Source of the DNA: Cyanidioschyzon merolae
Lineage: Eukaryota
Direction: 5' to 3' (one strand)
NCBI GenBank assembly: GCA_000091205.1
Contig: AP006501.2
DNA length: 64,000 nucleotides
Part shown: positions 33,292-46,851 of the stretch, in pieces
How the letters are laid out: each line of letters opens with the position of its first letter
How positions within the stretch are numbered: the stretch's first letter is position 1
Notes under the pieces: model-generated
The model's database searches: none
Told to the model about the DNA's origin: nothing
The model's input: only the letters and a program-made list of their open reading frames with translations
Position numbers and translations under genes: made by a program

Positions 33292-35924
33292 CACGCGTTC
33301 GGCGTTTCTATCACGTCCGTTGTGACTAACGAAGTACAGAAACGACTAGCATTATACCATTTACGTACTGCTCGAGCGCATCGACATTTCTCGCGCGTGC
33401 GCAGCGACGCAGTTGAGCAGGCCAACAAATAACCGCCACGGGTTTAAGCAACGCTTACCGCAAACGCGTCGAGCGAGAAAGACGCACCATCGAACGGAAC
33501 CATGGCAAATGAACTACAAGTACGTCAGCGCAGAGCGCCACAAGATACGCAAGTCGTCGAAGCAAAACCAAGAGCTGCCGCTGTTTCGACTCAGAGGACG
33601 CCTGGTGCGAAACGACACGGCCTGAAGCTCGGGCCGACCGCAGTGCTCGCAATTAGCCTCGGTTTTGTCGGGACAGTCATAACGCTACATATCATCGGAA
33701 AACTTGCCGGAATCTAAGACCCAATCACTAGGTCTTGGTGCTTGCACAGCGTATGACCAACCAGAAGCCTGGCAGATCTGATCAACGTTCGGAACCGGAG
33801 CTGTACGCGTTCCTCGCGCATCCGGAAGACTGCTGGTGGGGAGCAACTGTTCGCTCCCCTACATCCATGTCGCTTTCGGCTTGTGTGGTACGACGCTTGA
33901 TCGGTACGCCTGCCGAATCGTAAGGCGCGTCGCGCTCAGGGCAGCACATGTTGCCGATGCGTACGAAACACACGAGTGCTTCCGAGCGATTTTCTGTTTC
34001 CTGAGCAGTGATGCGGATGACGAGCGGCTCCACCCCGGTAAAAGGATTTTGCGAGACTTACCTGTACGAGTGAATCTCTCAGGTTGGTACGTGATTTCGG
34101 CGAGTCCCATCGGCTGCCAGCACCATGTGAACACTTTCCCAGCGAACACCGAGTTCCGACTGAAATCAAATGGTTTCTCTGGGCTAACTCGGGCGTCTAC
34201 TCTAAAGTTTTGGTCTCTTCACACTATCGTCAACATCAACCTTTCCCGGATTTTTATGTGACTGTTTCCATTTTGGTCTATACTTCCTCTGGCTTTATAC
34301 ATGCTGGTCCTATCCTTTACTTCAACTCCGTTGTCTACATTCAAAGCACGTTGGTGGAAGCATTCAAGCCCCATTTTCGTCGGTGTCAGTTGTTCCTCAC
34401 GCATTTCATGCAGAGGCGGAAGTTCCCATACACATGTCGCTTGCCATATTTATCTTCTCTGTAGATAGACTCGATGCATCCTTTGCAACCGTCAAAGCTG
34501 ACTATGGGCAGGTGCGCTCATATGTCCAAAACACAATTTTCTCCAAGGGCCGCTCTGACGCGTAAGAACGCATGCCTCACAGCTCGATACACGTACATGA
34601 CGCGGACAGAGCGCTCCACTCAATACCCTGATCCGTTTACGCATCCGGTGCTGTACGCTACTAACTTGAGATTCCGTTGGTACATTCCCTCAGCGAGTAC
34701 ACAGTCTGCTGCATACGCAATCGAACGCTTTTCTATTCGATTGTGTATTTATGGAACGCGATTATGTTCATAATGAAACAAATACCGGAAGGAAGATTCA
34801 GACTGGAGAACAAGTCGAGAATTCTCAGTCCGTCTGCGCTCCATTTATGCAAAGCTATGGCGTAATCTCCACTTGTAGCGGTCGCTGCATTGGCTCAAGC
34901 CCGAGTCCAAGACTCATTCCCGTAGACAGAGAAGGCTTGGGAGCCTCTGGGAATACTTCTTGCGAGACATATCATGTTGCTGTAGAGTGCCATTTGGTCG
35001 ATAACAGCAAATAGGGGAGGATTTGCGTTTCTCATGAAACCGATCATTTGACATGTCAAAATCTCTAAACTTTCGGAATGGCTTGCGAGCAAGTCGTTTC
35101 AGGACGACGCCAGGTTTCATTCTTCATCTATCCAGCAATGCGAATTACTGCACAAGTGAACGGTCGTGAAAAGGAAAGATCGAGATTTTGAAGAATGTAT
35201 GATTTGAGCGAGGGATACGGAAGAGAAGGGGAACACTAGAGGCCTGTGGATACGAGTTGCAGAAACATGAATCTTCATTTACGAATCCACTTTCGGGGGC
35301 GACGGGAATCATCTTAATTTCGCTAACGCAACGACTTCCAGCGGCAAGGAGTCGAAGAAGCCACTCTGAAAATATAACTCATAATCCTAAACTATGCATC
35401 AATTCTTGATGCCCTTATTGGCGTGGTTCGTACTTCGAAGCTGTGTATCCATATGAATTTAGAAAAAAAAATCGATACGCAGGAAGACAGCGGTTATTCA
35501 GTGCTCCGATTTAAGCCGGCACTAACCGAGAATACGCGTTTCTACCCGGGATATTCACGACTCACGAGTGGATATTTTGGCTCCGGGGAATCATAGAGTC
35601 TGATGAATCGAAGGGCGCTTGGCAAATGTAATCGCATCTCGATATCGCAACTCCTGGTCAAGAGATGCATCCTAAATGGCCCGAAGAATCGCACTTGGGA
35701 GGCGCATGCACGCGAGAACCTCTTCCCTGACGAACGCCTACAGCAATGAGCGATCGTGACAGTTGAGCGTCAATGCCGGAAATTCCAGATACGAACGATT
35801 CCTGTCAGTAAACTCATAACCACGTGCACAGAAGAGAAATGCGAACGGTAAGGATTTTACTAATTTATGCTGCACGCGGGGAAGACAACAAATGACCCTG
35901 AGTGCACTGGGCACCTGGAGATGC

Positions 35925-37754
35925 TCATGTTTCCGAGCGGCTTCGTCTCTTTTCGAGACGTTTTCGTAACAGCAGCACATTGGCCTCTTTGGATCTGGAG
36001 AAGCGCGGATTTGTGGGATCAATAGCGAACTCGTGATCCTCGTAGATTGCCCGAAAGCGCTCATCATCAGGGTTGAAGGGAAGCATTTCCAAGTTCGTGG
36101 CAACATCAGTCGATGCCTTTGAGCGCTTCTCTTTCCGGCGACGTCTGCGCTGCCCCGCATTAGCATGTGCGGAATCGTACTCCATGGAAAGCGCTGCTTT
36201 CGGCGGTTCCGTAGAAGCGTCTCGTTGCTTTGATCGTCCCGGATGCTGAGACGAGAGACCGGAAGCTGCGCTAGAAAGCAGGTCGCTCCTCGTTGCTGGT
36301 TGCGTTTCTGTATCAGAAGCCGCGTCCTCACGGGAGGAATACGCTACGAGCAGTGGATCTCGGCTAACGTTACGATTCATAAGGTGCTCGTTGCTTTCCG
36401 TTCCAGACGCACCTTCGTTCGAGTTGCGCTCGTTCTGCTCGGATACTTCAGTTGTTGTACCTGGTACTGCTCTCCGCCAGGCTCGCCGCGACCGCTTGTT
36501 CTCGCGCGCTAGCAATCGTGTTTCTTCATGCTGCAATTCTCGCTTCTCCCTTTCAGTAATGATTCGCTGGCCAAGCCTCTCCAATGACGGGATATAGGTC
36601 ACCTCCATATCCACGTCCGAGTTTCCATCGGATACGTCCCTGTCCGGTTTCGAGCTTTCGAATTCCGCCACCGAGCCGGCAGATTCCCCCAGCTCGTCGC
36701 TGCCTAGCAAACGTTTTCGATAGGCATCAATCCACGCTGCGTCGCGGTCATGATCGCCTTCGGAATCTGTCGAGCTCGCCAAGTATGCTTTGAAGTCTTC
36801 ATCTTTTAGTTCGTCCTCGGTGAATCGCCTTTTCTGCAGTTTCTTCAATCGCCGCTGATCATCTGCATCCCACGTGAGTTGTACGTTAGAATGTTGGAGT
36901 GCGCGAGTGGCGAAGGGCTGCGGCGCGTAGTCGAAAGGTACTGTATCCGCCGTATCGCGCGGTGATCTGCTTTCAAACTCATGCGACAGGTCTGGAATGA
37001 ATCGCAAATCTATGAAGTTAGAACTTCTTTCGAATTCGATGCCGTCAGCTGCGTCATAGAGCGCGCTGGCCGTCACCACCGAATCGCATTCAATCACAGC
37101 GAAAAAGTACCGCATGCGCAGCTTTTCATATCGTCGAATGAGCTCAATCTCTCGCTTCTGCTTTTCTTCCAGCTCGTGAGTAGTTTTAGGCATAAGATCG
37201 TCGTCAGAAGAGAGATTCTCAGCGTCGTAGTCAAACTGTGGTCCATACTTGGCTTCCTTCTCGGCCCTGCTCAAATACAAAGCCGTCGGATACACGCTGA
37301 CGCGGAGCACCTTACCACCAGCTGGCGCCAGGGAGCGCATGACTGCCAGTATATCCACAGCACTGATATGGTTCCAGTCCATGTTCACTAGAGCGAGCCT
37401 CCTTGTTGGTTCGCCCCGCGGAACGGCTTCCCCCGAGTCGTCCGACGCCGACGCCGACACGGCGAAGGCGTCAACACGTGCGTCTGCTCGCTCAAAGGAC
37501 ACTTCCTCACTACCTGTGGAGTCCCAAATGTCGACTTCAGTGTAAAGCACCCGCTCAGCGTCCTCGTCGCCAGGACGTTGTGAAGGGTGCCGTGGCGCCG
37601 CCGCCGGTGCACGAACTGGCCCCGCTGGCTCAACCTCCAAGGGTACTCGAAAGCGCGGATCCGCGTCCGGAACCGTTCCATAGTCCGTATGTTTTATCCT
37701 TCGAAATCTTCGGTCTGTTACGACTTTCGAAAAGCGAGGATCTAGGTTCCGCAT
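35925..37754 (-). CDS. ESF1: ESF1 homolog (18S rRNA biogenesis factor, NUC153-type)
   Basis: N-terminal DPRF...RRFRRIK repeats are present. The characteristic block LALVNMDWNHISAVDILAVMRSL...VLRVSVYP and an acidic/basic C-terminus are ESF1 features. Start is trimmed to the first ATG. Confidence 0.8.
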   Translation of the reverse strand: MRNLDPRFSKVVTDRRFRRIKHTDYGTVPDADPRFRVPLEVEPAGPVRAPAAAPRHPSQRPGDEDAERVLYTEVDIWDSTGSEEVSFERADARVDAFAVSASASDDSGEAVPRGEPTRRLALVNMDWNHISAVDILAVMRSLAPAGGKVLRVSVYPTALYLSRAEKEAKYGPQFDYDAENLSSDDDLMPKTTHELEEKQKREIELIRRYEKLRMRYFFAVIECDSVVTASALYDAADGIEFERSSNFIDLRFIPDLSHEFESRSPRDTADTVPFDYAPQPFATRALQHSNVQLTWDADDQRRLKKLQKRRFTEDELKDEDFKAYLASSTDSEGDHDRDAAWIDAYRKRLLGSDELGESAGSVAEFESSKPDRDVSDGNSDVDMEVTYIPSLERLGQRIITEREKRELQHEETRLLARENKRSRRAWRRAVPGTTTEVSEQNERNSNEGASGTESNEHLMNRNVSRDPLLVAYSSREDAASDTETQPATRSDLLSSAASGLSSQHPGRSKQRDASTEPPKAALSMEYDSAHANAGQRRRRRKEKRSKASTDVATNLEMLPFNPDDERFRAIYEDHEFAIDPTNPRFSRSKEANVLLLRKRLEKRRSRSET

Positions 37755-38869
37755 TGCACGAACGCTGACTTTGAGCAATGAATACCAGTGCAGGCAAGTG
37801 CTATGCTGAAGAAGCCTCGCTGATTGCGGCGCACGAATCCAGCAGCAGGTGCTTCGATGGTCAACGATTAATGCGTTGAACTGGAAAAATCAGTAGAGCT
37901 ATCATCACATAGGAACCGTATCCTATACTGGAAAATCCCCGAGAAGCGACCATCTCAGTGGAACTGTGAAGATCACCAAATGCTTCAGAGTAAGTCCATG
38001 CTGCGCTCCGAAAGACTTGTTCCGACTATGTGCAAGTGCAATCGAAATCTTGCACAAACGTTGAGGACACCCACACGCCGATGCCGCTTGATCTGAGCGC
38101 GTCAGCGATAGAGCTCTGTCATCCATCTATTGGGCAGGCTTGTTCTCCATGTTGCTGCTTGCTTGTGCTCCTAGAAAAGTTGACTCGGGAAGTACCCTGC
38201 GCAGAGATGCGACGATAGGCGGGGGCCCTGAATCACTTGTGTCACTCTGTCCGAATTGTTGTTTTATCCTGTCGTTGTATGCTTGCGCTCCTGCATGCAT
38301 AGATGCAAGGTTGTACTCTGGAAAGCTACACCAAAAAATTAGCTTGAATTTCGGAATATAGGTAGTGGTCATTGTCTACGTCAAACGCATCTTGCCCAAA
38401 TCAAAATGCGTCATCAACGAGAGGATCGGTCCGCGATGATTTGAGGGTACTCGTTCATGGGCAAAAAGGTGTGGTGTTCGATACCCACCAGCCACGAGCA
38501 CCTGGCGAGGGTGTCTCACCAGATGCGAAGTCGGCCATGATTGCTTGAATGATTTGCGTTCGTGGTAGCTCCACAGAGAAGCTGGAGCATCTTCATCGTG
38601 CGCTGCTGTATAGCGCTCATCGTCAGCCCCTTTCGTGACGGCTACCGATGCAGATGCGCGGCGTTATGAAGGTTGCTGCCCCGTGCTGCACAGAAACCGC
38701 TCCGTCCTGTTTTCGGCGGCAGCAGGTACCCTGTGGAACAAGAATCCTAAAGCGCGGAGAACTGAGGATAGCGAAGTATACGTGTATCGCTGACTCCTAC
38801 TAGCTTGCTGCGCGGCGTGACCTCTTCGATCCGTGGCTAGAATATCGACGCTGCGGAGCGTCCATGAGT

Positions 38870-39418
38870 CTACTCCGTCCATTTTCTCTCACGCTGCTCA
38901 GCCTGCTTTTGACGAATGCGCTCCCCAACGACGGTCTTGAGACGCGCCATGCCTTTGCGGAGTTTCCACAAATCACTCGAGCCTTTCCAAAGGAGCTGAT
39001 TTCGACGGCAAAAATCTCGTTCGCTCAGCAGGGCCAGCTTTTCTTTCATCATCACGAACCACAATCGATGCAGATCATCCGTGGACTTTAGTCGTAGCTC
39101 AGAAGCCTTCCACGCTCGTGCATTCGTGCTCGGTCGCATGCCTCGCGTACTTTGTGTCCATTCTTGCCCGAAAACACGTGCGGTAGCCAGTTCAGCTACC
39201 GCATCGTGGGATGCTTTGGATACTGCGGGTCCATCGGAAGCACTAGCGCTTGACTCTGCCGCGGGCGACTCAAGGTTGCCGCTTTTTTTCGAGAAATAGA
39301 AAACAGACCCGTATCGGTTCCAGGGACTCTTGGTAGCAAGTGACGTGCCGCTGCTGCATAGTCCCGGGAGGCGTGTAATGCTGCTGCGGCACGCACAAAG
39401 CATCAAAGAAAGCGTCAT
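38870..39418 (-). CDS. MRPL47: Mitochondrial ribosomal protein L47 (uL29m / MRP-L4 family) with presequence
   Basis: ARAWKASELRLKSTDDLHRLWFVMMKEKLALLSE matches the MRPL47 signature (GRAWKAEELR.KS.EDLHKLWYVLLKE.N.LLT). The N-terminus MTLSLMLCACRSSITRLPG is presequence-like. Start is set to the first ATG. Confidence 0.7.
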   Translation of the reverse strand: MTLSLMLCACRSSITRLPGLCSSGTSLATKSPWNRYGSVFYFSKKSGNLESPAAESSASASDGPAVSKASHDAVAELATARVFGQEWTQSTRGMRPSTNARAWKASELRLKSTDDLHRLWFVMMKEKLALLSERDFCRRNQLLWKGSSDLWKLRKGMARLKTVVGERIRQKQAEQRERKWTE

Positions 39419-42400
39419 TCCAGCAGGTTCCAACGCGAGGTCAGCGCTGACGCCTGTACGACCAAAGTTTCTGCTCTACACCAATGAATCCGGCGTCCCG
39501 GAAAACCAGTGAACGCACTCGAGTCCCAGTGAACAACGATCACGACTTAAGTTGTCTCCGAGGTACACTACTTTGCTCGGGAAGCGTCTCTACACTCAGA
39601 GCTTATTTGAAAAGATAACCGAACGTTGCGCCTGCGTGCGCTTCCGATAGCAGTAAAGTCACAAACTCACCCACAACCTGTGCGCTCTTGTTATCCAGCG
39701 TTTGGTTTTCTCTAGTCCGCAGGCGCGCTGCAAAGTTTCCTTCAAGGGCACTGAGGCGTCGACCAAAACGCGTGTACTGGACTCGGGCGGTCTCGCACGC
39801 GTCGCAAAGACGTTCCAGTAGGCGGCAACTCCGGTTCGAAACCGTGCCTAAGAACACGATAGAGTGCTCGCTAAAACGAACCCGGACAGCCCCTCGTCAG
39901 CAATGGAGCAGTACACACCTGGAACAGCGGCAGATATTGCTTCCAAGTCGTGAGAAACGACAGACAACGTTCGACGATGTTGTCCCACAGACACGGCGCA
40001 TTGGTTGCGAAACACTACCCACCGAATCGACTATGCAAGTAGTTCCGATCCAAACACGATTTCAATGTGAAACGTAATTCCACGGAGGCATCAACATACA
40101 TCCTAACACTTGCGTGCATGTCAAGCGGTGCTGCAATACTGTGGTATTTAGACTGATCGAAGCAGTAGCTGCACTCTTTAAAGGAGCCACAGTATGCTCG
40201 AAGATGTCTCTATGTTCTCTGAGGGAACCTCGCTACGTTCGACTTCTCCAGGCTTACCAGGTACCCCGAGAGCATTGCAAATCGAATACAGCGGTGCCCG
40301 TGTTTCAATGAATTTTTTGTGACACATGATCGCTGCATGATCACTGGAAGCTCAGATTCTTCTATGGACGCATATTCGAGAGCACATTGGCTCTCGTGCC
40401 TGGTCTCCGCAGATTTTGTTCCGCCTCCTTGTGTGCACGGAGTAAATCTCTACATATCTAGTCCAGAACGTTCTCTGGACTTTGTCTTTTGCCTCAAACG
40501 ACGGGAAACCCTTGCCCTTGCGGCAGCGAGTCGATTCCCACGCAAAGATACTGCGCGAACTCGGAAGCAGGAATGGTTCAGCCGTTCTGTGCATATATTC
40601 TTTTTCGTCGTAACTACTTTGCATGTAGGGGCATTTAGTTTGGCGCACTTAGCTTCGGAATCGTCTCTATGCAGCGAAATGAGCCTCGCTGCGGAATATG
40701 GCGCTAGCGGCGGCTCAGGAGCGATCGCTGAGACTTATAGACCCTGGACGCCACCAGCTAGGGTGCGCAGCCATGGACGATAGCCATGTACAGGCTCATG
40801 GTTGGTTACGGGCCCATGACTAGACGCTGCTGCAGATGTGTCGTGAGCCATCATTCAGAAAGAATTTGATCAATATGTTTTCTCCAGGATTGCAGCGTGA
40901 CGATGTATCTGTTATCCGCGCGTAGCGATTTCGGCGTGCGATGTGTCCTCAGATGCCTTGCGACATCAAAATGAATTGAGGCGAAAGAAGCGGTGAGAGT
41001 GTCCCACTCGTACGTCCCATAGCGAAAACAGCGACGCGGCTGGCAGTTTGAGGCCCTTTTTCGGAGACTCCGAGGCACCCATACCATTCGTATCTAGAAG
41101 GCAGCTACTGCAGGCCTGCAGAGGTACTCCATTTTCGGCAAGTCGTTGAGCAGGGTTCTAAACAACGCGACAAGCTTGAATTCTTTCCGAACTGTGTACG
41201 CAGGTTTCTCAAACAATGGAACACCCTTATTGCTCGCAGACTGTGCACCGAAATCGTTCCCAATATGTGTCCAGAGGGCGCTCCAGCCTTTATAGTTTGC
41301 CATCCGCACCGAACAAATAGCGTAATCCAGGCGAAAATCCAATGCTCGAGCTCCTGGTCACAGATACTCTGCACCGCAAGTCGTCAGCATTCCAGCACAA
41401 TGCCTATTCTGAGTACGAAACAAGTTCGTCGAAACTTCGCCGACACAGAGCCACTGGGGCGCTCCGGAAGCACGAAGCATCTCCGCTTCTTGATTGAAAC
41501 GTTGAAGTCGCAGTGGGGAAAGCGCCAGCTCGTATCGTTGCTAGTGGAAGTACCCCATGGGCATTCGCTTACCTTCGAATTCATCGCCATCTGACGTTCA
41601 GTCTCTTACAATACAGCACCGCATGCGTCCGTCTTCGCCTCATGCCCTTCGTCTCTGGATGTTAAAGCGTTCACCCGAGCTCATTCTTCGTGCACACCGA
41701 CTTGAATGCATCCGCTGGAATCGTGCAGAATCGATTCCTGAACTCGTTCTACGCTCTAGCCAAAGGAGCGAGAGCGCGGTCTGCGCGCGTTACAGCACGT
41801 CCGGCTCCTTGGGGTACTACGAAACCGCTCGGATGCCCGGTCATTTTATGTTCCGACGAATCCAGCAAGTCAGCGAATGCCCACTTTTGATCATTGTACA
41901 CCCGAAACCGTTGGTGACCTCAGCGCGAGCGCATGCATTCCTGCGAAAAGTCGTCCACATGAGGGATTAGGCGCTCCTATTTGCTCTGAATGAAGCTTTG
42001 GACGCACTCTGTCAGCTCGATACGATGATCAGCGCGTTGAAAAGGGTCCAGGTGCCGTCGTTCCACTTGCGGATGCGCCTGCTTGCGTTCCTGCTCCCGA
42101 CCCGAGATACGAAAAGGCCCGCGCAATCTTCAGCAGCTTCATCTGGTTTCTGCTTAGTTTTTTTGGCTCCATTCTCTTGAGTCAGGGGCACGACGGCGGT
42201 TACGATGCTCATAGACGTGGAATCTTCGCTCACCACGTGGTGCTCCGCTTCGTCTACGCTGAGCAGCGAGGCAGAGTCTCGGTGCTCGACTCTGGCCTGG
42301 GATGGCACAAAGTGCTTACAGATCGATATCATCGAATAGACGCCTGAGGAGGCTAGCATGCTCGCTTACGTGGCAGGAGTCTGTCTTTCTCTGGAAGGCT

Positions 42401-44715
42401 CTGTTCAGCGGAGCCTAGTCGCGCAATTGGCAGTTCAGGAAGACGTCTCCTTGCAACCGTCCACTGGAGACGTGACTTGGGTCCGTCCGAGGCCAACAAG
42501 ACGACGACGAGCTTGGACAAGCGGAAGCGACACAGACGCTCTCTCTCGCTCGCCGTGACTTGTCATCCGATATCGCCACCACACTGAGCTCTTTCTGCCA
42601 CCACTAGCGCTTTATTCGCTTCCATCGACGCACCAAGAATCCCTTAGATTCGTCCCAGTTATCCTTGGGTGGCAACACGAGGCTGCAACAACCAGGTGGA
42701 GCGCCCCGCCAAGCGCTCGAGGTCGATCTGCATTTCGCTGTTGAGGTTTGTTTGATCATGGATGACACTTGCGCTTCAGATGCTGCGATCGCCGACGTAG
42801 TGAAGTGATATCTCACGGTATTCTGGGGAGCTTGGGTGCAAATCTCGGATCCTGCGATCAGTTCGTAGTGCATCTTCTGTCCAGAGCACCATCTGTGTGA
42901 TCACAACAGGGTCTGACGGAAAGATTCCTGTGAAATGTGGACAACTGGTAGCGCTGCGTACGCAACTGTTATGAACATCTGCTTGACGAGGAGCGTTAAG
43001 GCGAAGAAAGCCAGACGAGACGTCTTTGACAAGAAAGGTATGCGATTCGGAATGGCTTGTAACAAATTACTTTTTGGAGAATGCTATCTTTCCTTGTGAT
43101 TTTGCAGGGAGGCATTCACAGTTGCTCCATACTGATATTTTTCGCTCCGACAGGTTTTCGTCCCTATCTCTGCTTATCCTTTATCGGATCCATCTTTTTG
43201 TTCATTGTCCGGTGGGTTCTTCTCCTTTTCCTCCACAGGCGAGACGGCTGTGATACAGTTGCTGTTCTCTAAAGGTTTTTTCCTCATGATAGAAACACAT
43301 TGGGTACAAGACGGAAGAGAAATTTCTGTCTTCTGAATGTATGTATGCATGCATGATTCTATATGTCCCTTTCTGTCACGTCCATCACCCGAACGCGCGA
43401 GGACGGATTCCCACACTTCCGCTCCAGCTCGGGTCCGAGCGGAGAAGCACCGTGGCGGCTCAAGGATGGTGAAGGTACAGAACAGTTGTCGAATAATCAT
43501 ATCAAGAATGCGAACCAGTCTTCTGTTGATCTATGAGTGAAAAGTTCACAGTTGACAACAGAGAGGCAGCCTTCGACTGGACTGCATCCAGTGGGAATGT
43601 GATGACACGAAGAGCCGCTGGACGCAAGTCTCAGCCGTATATTTCCTCGACCAATGTTGAGAGAACGAAAATGACCTTTTCTTGGAGCAGGACTGAAGAA
43701 TGTGTGATAGACAATGCACGAAGTCTTTCGTTTTAGGATGAGGTGTTGAACGGCCGTGTCTGTAAAGCGCTTATAATGCGGCCACAATGTAATCTGCGTT
43801 AGGGCACTTGTCGTCATTCTCGCTCGTCTTTCATCTATGATCAGCGGTAATACCCTTTCTGAGCACCCATCGTCAGCTCTGCCATTTGTGTCGAATACAG
43901 TCCTATCGATTGAGATGAGAAACCGTCACTTTTGCAGTACGCGTCTGCTTTCCAGGACGAAATCAGTGATGAGTCTCTCAGCGCCCTTTAGTCAACGGTA
44001 GAAACGTGCTGTTCTCTTCGTCTATCCGCGTCTCTCTATCCTTGTTTTCGTCAACAGGGGGGGGGGGAGAACTTCACATGGGGTGCTTCTATTTTAGTAG
44101 TTCTCAACGAACATATGGAATAGAATGGAATATCGGGGAGGCCGTCGTGCAGAGAGAATCTGACAGGTTCTGCGTGGGTGCAAGAGCATCAGCATACGGA
44201 CGGCGGAAAGCGTGGATCATCCACTTGCTTATCTAAGACTAACAAAATTATTGAAGTAGGGCAGTTTATTACAAGATAGCTGGTACCGCATAAAACCTTT
44301 CCCCAACCTTTCCTCAATCTGCATGACGTCTTCCAGATGTTGAACACCTGCGAGCAAACAAACACACACGAAAGCGTTATGGGCGTGCAGGTGTTGCGGG
44401 CTGTACTGCTCTGGGTATAGCTTGAGCAGCTCTGGTCCAATAGACCGTGAAAGGTCCATGTATCCTCTTTATTAGGGCCTGAATGGCCACCAGCAAGGCG
44501 TTTCTTTCAAGTGCCCCGCTCCACAGTGCGATGGTGCGAAGCGCGCGCGCCCCATTGGCCAAACGGCCAACTTCTTGGCCCTCATGAGCCCCGAGCACGT
44601 GTAACCAGTAGAGACTGCGTTTTCAACGTGAAACTACAAGTATTTGTCGGTAGAGCGATCGTTGTCGTACTTGTTGATCAGCGCCCGTCTTCTGGAAGCG
44701 AGCCCGCTCGTGCTC

Positions 44716-46851
44716 ATGAGTACCGACCTGGAAGAGCTGTCAGCAGCGTGGCAACATCGGCTCCTAGAAGAGTTCACTGTTGTCGACGCTGTTTTCAGTC
44801 AAGTCGTTGTTTTGGTCCAGGCGGGTGTCCCGGTTGGCTCGCCCGTGTTTCGCCGCCTCATCGGTCACATACTAACGACGCTAGACGAAAATGTCGCACG
44901 AAGCCGTGCTTTGCTTTGGAGAGAGGCTGTTTTGAGTGCCCGTCTGAGAGAGCGTGCAAGGAAACCTGTTGTGAGAAGAGAACGCCTGCGACAGCAGTTG
45001 ATATCGGAAGCTTTCAAGAGAGCTCCGAGCACCGATCACGGCCAGCAGCACAGTGTCTCGCTAGAGTCGTCCTTAAAGTTTGGTTTGAGCCTGCTAGGCT
45101 GGCCAGCGGCTGCGGACCACGAAGACGAAGAGAACCGCAAACTGAGCGAACGCTGTACATACGAACGGAGTACCTACGGAACGCGTTTTTTCGTCTCGCT
45201 CCTTCGGGCGCTGCTCAATTTGGGTTTGGGAATAGAGCGTCTCAGTGAAAATACGGATGCCCTCTCCTTTTATTTAGCAGATGTGCCGGTTGAGCCGACG
45301 GAGCTCGGCTGGTCGCCGCCATCGACCTCTTCACCAGAACGATCACCGATGCTTTCGATATCACCACGACGATTCAATGACGGACATACCGCTGCTCAGT
45401 TGGCAGAGCGCAGCCCCGTTAAGGCTAGAAATGTTTGTAATGGGGCGGTACGGAGTTGCAAGACTCGCTCTGAAAATACAGAGCACCCAGCTATCTTAGG
45501 CGCGAATCGGCTAACGAAAGAGCCTATGGATCCGTTGCAGTGGATCGATATTTGTGCGAGTGGTTCCTCCTGGAAGCAGCTCATAGAGCAGGAGATGGTG
45601 GTGGTAGAACATATACCACGGAACGCATCCATATTTCTGGAATGCTTGCTTGGTCTCATCGCGAGAGGTGGCGAACACCAAGAGACATCAGATGCCCATG
45701 CTTCGGAAACAGAAGCTTCCAAGCAATGCGCTAGCTTGTCGAGAACGCTGACCGGCGTAACGTCGTTACAGATTCTTTTCGCTGAATCTGTCCGCATGGA
45801 GTGTTCGCGGAAAATGCGCTCTGGTTTCTTCCAAGCGCTCCCATCACTCCTTCTGCGCGCTTTGGAGCGCAACACCGTCTCGCCTGTTGTGGTGGATTAT
45901 GAGCTGGAGCCGCAGGCCGTTCCCCTGGTAGCGCATCATGGCGAAGAAGAAGCGCCTAGCAATGGCGCTGAGCAGCTGGACGGGTACGAGAAACGACAAT
46001 CATATCAGGTCGCTGCGCACTCGCTCTCCAAGCAACTGGACGATGAGCTTAGCGGCTTGTCGGCGCTTCTCGCTGGGGTCCTGGACCTCTGCCTGGCGTT
46101 TACGGATACGCTGGCGACTCAGCACTTGCGCCTTTCTGGGAAGAAAGGTCTGCGCACCTCGTTCTTTGACGAATCAGCGGCGCTCTTGATGGAGCGTGGG
46201 CACAGCTTTGAAAGTGTCGCGGAGCGTTTCCAGGACGACGTTTCCGCTGCGAAAGACTTCCCAGAAAGCGCCCCAGTGGTGCTCGTACCGCGTTCAGCAT
46301 TCGCGGTGCTGATTTTGTATCCGGGGAGCGCCTCGCTGAAACTGCACATTTGTGATCGTATCTTGGATACGTTTTTTGCAGTGGGTACTGCGAAGATGAC
46401 CGCAGACTCTTGGCGTTTCAAAGAGCCCTCGATCGAGAAACTCATCTGGCATTCAATGCGAATTCGACCGAGGGATCACGAGGGCCCCATTCGGAACTCA
46501 GACTTTGGAATGACAGCGACCATCATCGCCGATGCGGGCTCGTCGACACAGGCGGAGACGTCACACACCGACACACTGTGCGTTGGTATCGTTCCAGATT
46601 CACCAATTTCGTCAGCCCCGAAACTGTTGGAAGAGTACCTGCTGAGCATGATTGGTCTGCTCAACGGTTATTTGGGAAGCGTTCTTTCCGAACGGGAGGC
46701 GAATAGCGCTTCGCCAAACATCCGCAACGCTTTTCTGGAGACATCCTCTTCTTTGGCAGCCTTTCTAGAAGGGTTAATATTTAATCCAATTTATGCATCC
46801 TGGAGATGGCATATCACTGATTTACTTGAGAGTCTGGAGCGCGAACTGTGA
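44716..46851 (+). CDS. Hypothetical protein (about 710 aa), no recognisable domain
   Basis: Long open frame with normal composition. Support is length only. Start is at the first ATG (the track start is TTG). Confidence 0.35.
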   Translation: MSTDLEELSAAWQHRLLEEFTVVDAVFSQVVVLVQAGVPVGSPVFRRLIGHILTTLDENVARSRALLWREAVLSARLRERARKPVVRRERLRQQLISEAFKRAPSTDHGQQHSVSLESSLKFGLSLLGWPAAADHEDEENRKLSERCTYERSTYGTRFFVSLLRALLNLGLGIERLSENTDALSFYLADVPVEPTELGWSPPSTSSPERSPMLSISPRRFNDGHTAAQLAERSPVKARNVCNGAVRSCKTRSENTEHPAILGANRLTKEPMDPLQWIDICASGSSWKQLIEQEMVVVEHIPRNASIFLECLLGLIARGGEHQETSDAHASETEASKQCASLSRTLTGVTSLQILFAESVRMECSRKMRSGFFQALPSLLLRALERNTVSPVVVDYELEPQAVPLVAHHGEEEAPSNGAEQLDGYEKRQSYQVAAHSLSKQLDDELSGLSALLAGVLDLCLAFTDTLATQHLRLSGKKGLRTSFFDESAALLMERGHSFESVAERFQDDVSAAKDFPESAPVVLVPRSAFAVLILYPGSASLKLHICDRILDTFFAVGTAKMTADSWRFKEPSIEKLIWHSMRIRPRDHEGPIRNSDFGMTATIIADAGSSTQAETSHTDTLCVGIVPDSPISSAPKLLEEYLLSMIGLLNGYLGSVLSEREANSASPNIRNAFLETSSSLAAFLEGLIFNPIYASWRWHITDLLESLEREL